A stretch of 64,000 nt of DNA, taken from an uncultured Candidatus Marinamargulisbacteria bacterium. GTDB taxonomy: Bacteria; Margulisbacteria; Riflemargulisbacteria; GWF2-35-9. A model generated the notes under the pieces. That model made no database searches. It saw only the letters and a list, made by a program, of their open reading frames with translations, and had not been told where the DNA came from. The translations under genes were made by a program, and so were the position numbers. Each line of letters begins with the position of its first letter. Positions within the stretch are counted from its first letter, which is position 1. The stretch lies in contig CAIWAN010000052.1 of NCBI GenBank assembly GCA_903910705.1, positions 5,844 to 69,843 of the forward strand, written 5' to 3'. Shown here one piece after another: positions 63,301 through 64,000 of this stretch.

Positions 63301-64000
63301 CTTGATTGCCAGAAAAATCGATGGCGGTAAGTCTAAAATATGCCTGTCCTTGCTTAATAACATCCATAACGATCCCTTTGGTAATGGATATTTCATGAGC
63401 ATTTCCACCCAAGTTATTCAAATGGGTTAGGGTTGTTTTCCTGATCACATCAATCGAATAGTTCTTTATGCCCCAATGCTGTGCATTGTTAAAAAGGGCT
63501 CCCTGACTTTCTTCATAAACATTTTCTGAAATACTCCAGTTTAGAGTCAAAGGAACGGCTGACGAGAAATTTCCACTCGACGATTTATACTTGGCTTCAA
63601 CACCCACCGATTGAGTAAGCCAAATAGTGTTGATCGTGGGGCTCTGGACATCAATGACGACATTCTTTGTTGAAAAAGCAACCACGCCCGTATTATTTCT
63701 AACCTTACTAAGAATCTGATAGAGATAATTGACTGTTATGAAATCGTCCATCTCTTGAAAGTTTTGAAGATCAATTTCGGAACCCGATTTCCACGTCGAA
63801 GTCTTTGAACCCGCAGGCTGTTGACTAAACGTCTGTCTATTTACAACGAACTGATATCGAGACGAATTAAATCCTGAATCATCAAAAGGGTAATCGGCCA
63901 AAAGTTGCAAAGCACTATTGGGGCTAGAGGTGAAAGCCATTGTAGTCGCAAGATCGACTCCATCACCAACGCTGAAATAATTCGACGCACCCGTATTATA
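48374..64000 (-). CDS. Giant Ig-like repeat surface/secreted protein with C-terminal FN3 and FlgD-Ig/T9SS-CTD-like domain (5' end outside the window)
   Basis: Frame stays open from 63940 to 64000 (YNTGASNYFSVGDGVDLATTM), so >5200 aa; about 30 DxAGN...D(T)xPP-type units; FN3 (WPAARDDESGLSHY...YRYRVRAVN.AG); tail FYPNPF...IKIYDALG..VK...WNGTD...VSKGGY. Confidence 0.9.
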   Translation of the reverse strand, partial: YNTGASNYFSVGDGVDLATTMAFTSSPNSALQLLADYPFDDSGFNSSRYQFVVNRQTFSQQPAGSKTSTWKSGSEIDLQNFQEMDDFITVNYLYQILSKVRNNTGVVAFSTKNVVIDVQSPTINTIWLTQSVGVEAKYKSSSGNFSSAVPLTLNWSISENVYEESQGALFNNAQHWGIKNYSIDVIRKTTLTHLNNLGGNAHEISITKGIVMDVIKQGQAYFRLTAIDFSGNQVSRNLGPIYFDWENTINEQVKDIEAVSDNVDNSFPSDGLTPWIASGVAGYFDQTSINLVVHLSPTANDATQLRLLDGEPVEVWVVTTGSPVMVSSINVKAKAEGMPSIDALFNLGNVTVNITADLREYINENGYQGRVQYFVKFIDGAGNVSDDSLALTGFVTVDVTAPEGNWSYGVGYDYIPTINNQFGVSLNWAFTKSTQALWVSTSYLDGQSGMPSKSVVYSITSYNILDRSLSTNYFSPTVSIGAYNLISTNVLTPNHLYKIQPRITNMAGIVALPARRYIVVDVTAPSISTFSLQTGQNYGKYPPSSPQFLQNNDVTINWQAMDDVFVNWSEAFLDQNRRGIMNYSLSYNKPKENGSYAVITSSIFPVSANNFTITTGYLINVLKEGSVKFRLQIQDFAGNVLTQDIGPYYLDLNNTLNSQIQMIEVVTDDVDNGQDGLSPFEASRRSGYFDQNTVNFTIKMLSSANDFTQFSKLNSEFVPLELYISTSNAGWVLMIQTENYFVTTDVVANIDDDPNLPTASLSVTVDLSSYLESSGYNGPMTILAKIIDGAGNLSSTADLFPVRITVDTSPPTGSVDFSNGFSYIGSDLNFAASGVSKNTAFVSDISTLNISINYQDSESGLAVSGNKLNVSKYTYTRAYVASINGTWIEKPTQNLKDMGIITTNYCFDVVGFASNKTGIVASSPTLHIVVDTMPPLVTSFDRRGDLNVNVGSYQSSSTNFASVQTLNFYWEASDNVYSSFSLDGFNSKPHQGIQKYIFEFKTMENPVWQALDIPIVPMQSNIFVIPLSVSQENFSNQVVWFRLKTFDFANNASIKDYSPVIFDPICNLQNQIAHFIAEDRTSTDADAGTPFTVGGQGYFDDRSKVSMSIVLSSNAADTTQLSTLLSPNCPIEINVQYYSGSVVNNYSFRSYIASYDRQSLPALLSSNNLANISINIIATFSDIINEDFQGQLKLSFKFIDGAGNLSGASDPFAITIDYTPPTGQLVLDQKYYAYIGDNIAFTSQNHFVVSSSFSDAHSLLPLDAYKWSIQERPLNLDTSIIKSSTNIWSDRSSVDIIELFSEIVTRDRIYDVSQKVRNNVARAETSTLRVVYDQILPTINELNLSNATGGVAGYAPSDLQYYSKQPLSISWSAEDNAYVENQGDLFGDNADNSEHHYGIYFNNLYFIKGGSIRHIISNNISGYRREIMVTEGYIENVIGQGIVTIGIQVVDFAGNSSLFERQVRFDWTNTINEAIASIEPTEDHSNSIGEGHDNFSPFDVTGLPGIYDQPTVDFKILFNPAAYDTTGLNTGVFTNLPFEMRISYNQRIETLNSLLNTTRINDVNSETSNIGLAEFNVNADLEPYVGIDNYQGLIDVNFFVVDGAGNMSAFNAQTTRITVDFTPPTAPVQAGFMLTENVGYSHSDVLGQYRNIVFTHTSKDFVIRMMLFADAHSGLPEFPYSVGILGSDFNGDSLGDLKYSQWLSTNMITGEQINNFYQLSSGNYELTCFVRNQAGIMTSNIDRLVIDFSPPVIVSLNREVNRDVGNDGFAPEENFMYNKQSLMLSWNCWDNLDVNHLNVVTDNGIWYYTLSWTSTGVTGGYTTSGDLLTKADRWQADAFIVSIDVVSNSIKEGDTTFTFGAVDYAGNVTTTSLFVIFDWSNSAAGSSNSQLLPDNTDNSPSSDGVVPELGYTDQPTLSIVLKLNNVSELTDLSTKNMKIMISTQNGYSVLMTNNAYQYIIGLGASEKSYIVTINLDLTLYMMGGGGAFTLQASLLDRAGNLPEGETPFTFNVVVDMTPPTLLEGGIFNVTLMPDGDSAADGFAPEFGCYDSQWPSVNVSMNSNITSNGYAPLAQELYIRVYNGYDQLVASAQTIALLDSQNVSNLINVVMGNASLSTVMLRDSGVATMSVEDKYSYEFSLRDRAGHLLAQRISINYDDTPIQLKDVGFFQTVKAKPDLDSHVDGLDPYPGYFDSLTASIDLKFVLDSWGDGHYGTSYDAQYSDGESTPKHGSGLRTRPLFIRYDGFDVSSTPDVYLNARYPGNQQGADIQGVANDGVVNDIAIPLQEGSGKVVVVLVDRAGNVTQIDDSLKLTIDTQTPQLPLSFSLIDTRDISGAGILPELGFFNHRDISFNLTSVPDNDVGSSRLRLNRYLLAVTSANASSTSLKWDSVTSYDTHSTIPEELDKLYKGWGNKDAMFNGVVFPTGDILVWVGVADNAGNVRLVSQSIVVDIEPPSINTWSVDLFLDEDSQGDGVPPYYGYFDNSAVSLNVITLNYGESNKRIKDLFVAVDNSQITNPTGQVELVFSSINVLEGAHHLTVFVSDRAGNVVTRSIRVTVDTMAPNGAIEIVLAEAKDSQGDGIGPVKGYLDTANISFIISENLTDESGFILNRYFVRSNLLGTDHYKNFTYKDKNGVSLNILDEIKGAQPFGQSTRNIVNFIPTANDYSPIIVYGAVADKAGNVCSTSITLSIDTTPPSGNINFLLIPDIDSHGDGVDPLIGYYDNLTINVHVSANVNDNIGLRNNRYFIKTDPTGSLPSYISFNYFEYFQENADPAVLVKAGSITNNFYGVSFNHSGVYTMKVAVADLAGNITESALVVTIDTDPPEGQLQLFFDPNLINPGAGADYGWYNTSTINFHVNASSLMDSYGIRDNYFRSRVVTEGTTMVMWPYSSSSNAFRNVWVPEDSSLTNNAAIFVAVADNAGNIYASSQKVHIDLTPPSLFPKFGIKPDTKNRSDQMTPEEGWYNDDTIDLAWDSPTDNLMLKSQPFQVRMSGMAWGLSTNATFLDDFKVNATEQTLNIEIMVSDRAGNVSTASRQLLMDIAPPSTFNVTLSIQHLVDADGQLFEDPAWTNIPFVTVNVSEPVDTQSGLRIYPLQIKSELLPYGSFLSLNEKTKIELQSKYHNQSDREPSYLWVRVVDKAGNISEQLASVNIDTTPPNLYTLSVLPDTEGNDPASSPEDGWYNDTTLQVEWSSLSDIGELNVSTSRFIRPTRISQNWWVTIDQGLSNLSLTNLNVSDDSLANTLILKVVDRAGNSLKVESNGFQIDTVPPTVSKLTLMPDYTDIGGRLADGWYDSQLVNWQWQASDRAGLSSMPYRYHNLSEPHSSWSIWNRQTGTQIITTWGIPEYFELEVRDHAGNTANLIGTVNVSNLIVTNDSYWINGVIPEEGVTRSAIGGKAPELGCFNVPTLTLVITTNYLPILSAQQLTQDLLYYAYDARYAGDVFLSVNNTFSLSLNSSERDGLTLVYGIRLKNGTLIENKRQIVIDLNPPTMLAAQLGALIDHGGDGIAPDAGWSDINTLDIKIALPDDQGGLRNAPYRYRSLSPNISQWSEIFNSTDIFCVAFPDGQYVYEIEAADRAGNCSMTRVTVNVDTTPPSANGLQLIISADLDSRGDGIDPESGWYDSPIIFGQISWNILTETNTRDAYLYVQGNRNDQFNVFGSSEFSVELTPAGVHPINIYALIVDKAGNSLKTVTKVYVDTEPPVNSYISVKPMVPKNTYFKEESGYYSRVTLDLEWVEPIGGGLRTKPYEIQSSLFDNWSPSQSTPFINGFSVSEGVQSIIVRAIDRAGNVATFSTQITVDTTPPILGDLFLEQDETDLSDGFAPLPGFDDDGMITVTYNGAFDNIALKSVPYFFRVDQPSLTSRSVVLTSNQMIITPTFLVDAIHRVTLLAVDRAGNYSEASVSISVLRVAPVFSVFITPNEIKTDTILTVLITANQPLGWMPDLKLSMNSGLEPYSFGVASLGNYQYIATLDTLSFIDGIGQLRYKVVGKSGMLASIPIQGDKEILAYRYLPQPPDLIMINPLNGSALYTGTSNLILSSHYASLHPTWAWFLTDNATKPPSVDPAWVAWAGQYVLPAMSEGTHSVYAWVKNDQGMSLRASTVNIFVDTTLPSGKVQQLSDLNRFGMKMFSITTNEDLFVPPSLSIQFPAQATQSIRMSVSGGPRRFIAEFNFNEDMGEGFATLNLLMEDRAANISTLNLGVQTIYVKLQYPPKPVMKIVDPAGEGDNPLPLENTNKSTLKILLIISSDMYYIIDSSSADRPMAGDSRWKLCSPPVKDNLSVPFEASDVTYDMIGYDAVQGYLVKTFYVWHKSLTGYVSTASAMQRITIDITTPIITLDYVPLSTQNVGSINVSLIISASEWVSISDAQIRSYPFGSDVMSTKDMTFLTNSSRVFSANVNVNPTQDPYLDLRITDRAGNILDVKRELQPRLWVISMNVLTSNVYRGQRQVDIAEIVVSSSSVAWIKGIKLNKYGDPMGKSLKNVRLLISEDIVSEAGFDNTRMETQFEFRTPNRISGLTRIVLQVDIESSAMDPFSLYIPSGGVSVGTYDVMVSSVIPATTPTFDILGGANQLSVYVKDSSWSQQWGNVYQADQTVVLARVMMESYPYSTMVQEITFNVSGNLSITENLSNLRLYRESNYDDKLSPSEDTLLTSIPAYKIDGKIVFRPLRWIVGNSPQTLYLAGDISLTSPVGKKFQPYFDSRNDIKLDVNQNVNSNTLPLLLQPSIIRAYLPQITISAWAGSSSDVYQGDGVSPYEVFNFKVDRNEVSLNHLDFNISANVPYETVSALTLNTSAQPFINTVMDRQDNKIRLNFASPIMLTPIDQYFYLNMRLKDNCSTGDLQLILAPDRLSLNAKIMNTANVELSTLRIVDLRQPIIEDVAMKSFVNRSDAISLTFDVKLNNIKSPQSRIVRIEYAIDGDLGVTHIRPWTTITIDNSLYLPEEHQYFSGLSLKHNTNYILRLRAYSEDNSLASYVSSQKDLGFKVDLTPPVLPGGSKVFVNQPQIVQNQTLVAQALVNQFLSWPAARDDESGLSHYELQWQKANSEKWDDLDMTLTQNYYKSSNIDQSKRYRYRVRAVNMAGSETAWLMSDYTDVVKPNEVIYNASFYPNPFKADADEGQIYYELNQDTNVSIKIYDALGHFVKEMGFGAGQVGGDSTQPNIVKWNGTDQLNEKVSKGGYTIVIQAEKEGPQNKVRVKAGLLR

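Noticed and set aside
48832-63430. Many short ORFs inside the giant gene
   Set aside because: Antisense or alternative-frame shadows without recognisable motifs.
63938-63940. ATG at 63940 as the start of the giant protein
   Set aside because: The frame is open to the window edge and there is no RBS or signal peptide; the true start lies beyond 64000.

Overview
Bacterial chromosome segment from a flagellated, chemotactic organism. The synteny (fliK-flgD-TIGR02530-flgE-fliL...flhB; rimO-pgsA-cinA-recA-rny-ymdB; cheD, cheV) is Terrabacteria-like; a Margulisbacteria-type lineage is my guess and is not established. Left to right: partial relA/spoT; a ~0.9 kb wHTH + nucleotidyltransferase islet bracketed by a perfect 34-bp duplication of a gene's 3' end; a hook/export flagellar operon; a convergent three-gene operon of unrecognised proteins (72, 780 and 612 aa, the last with three ~120-aa beta-rich repeats); an accessory patch (two COG1373-type ATPases around rfbC, an internally deleted zeta-like ATPase plus small partner between two palindromes); bioA, bactofilin and a reduced Rnf cluster (E-C-D-G, no A/B here, RnfE lacking a conserved Cys); housekeeping, chemotaxis and partner-switch genes; and the last 15.6 kb of a giant (>5200 aa) Ig-like repeat protein ending in FN3 and a FlgD-Ig/T9SS-CTD-like domain. 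Window-wide, about ten genes have a -10 box 6-9 nt before the start codon and no Shine-Dalgarno (leaderless-type architecture), and rimO appears to need an ATA start. No rRNA, tRNA, CRISPR array, integrase or transposase was recognised. All family calls are by eye, without database searches.
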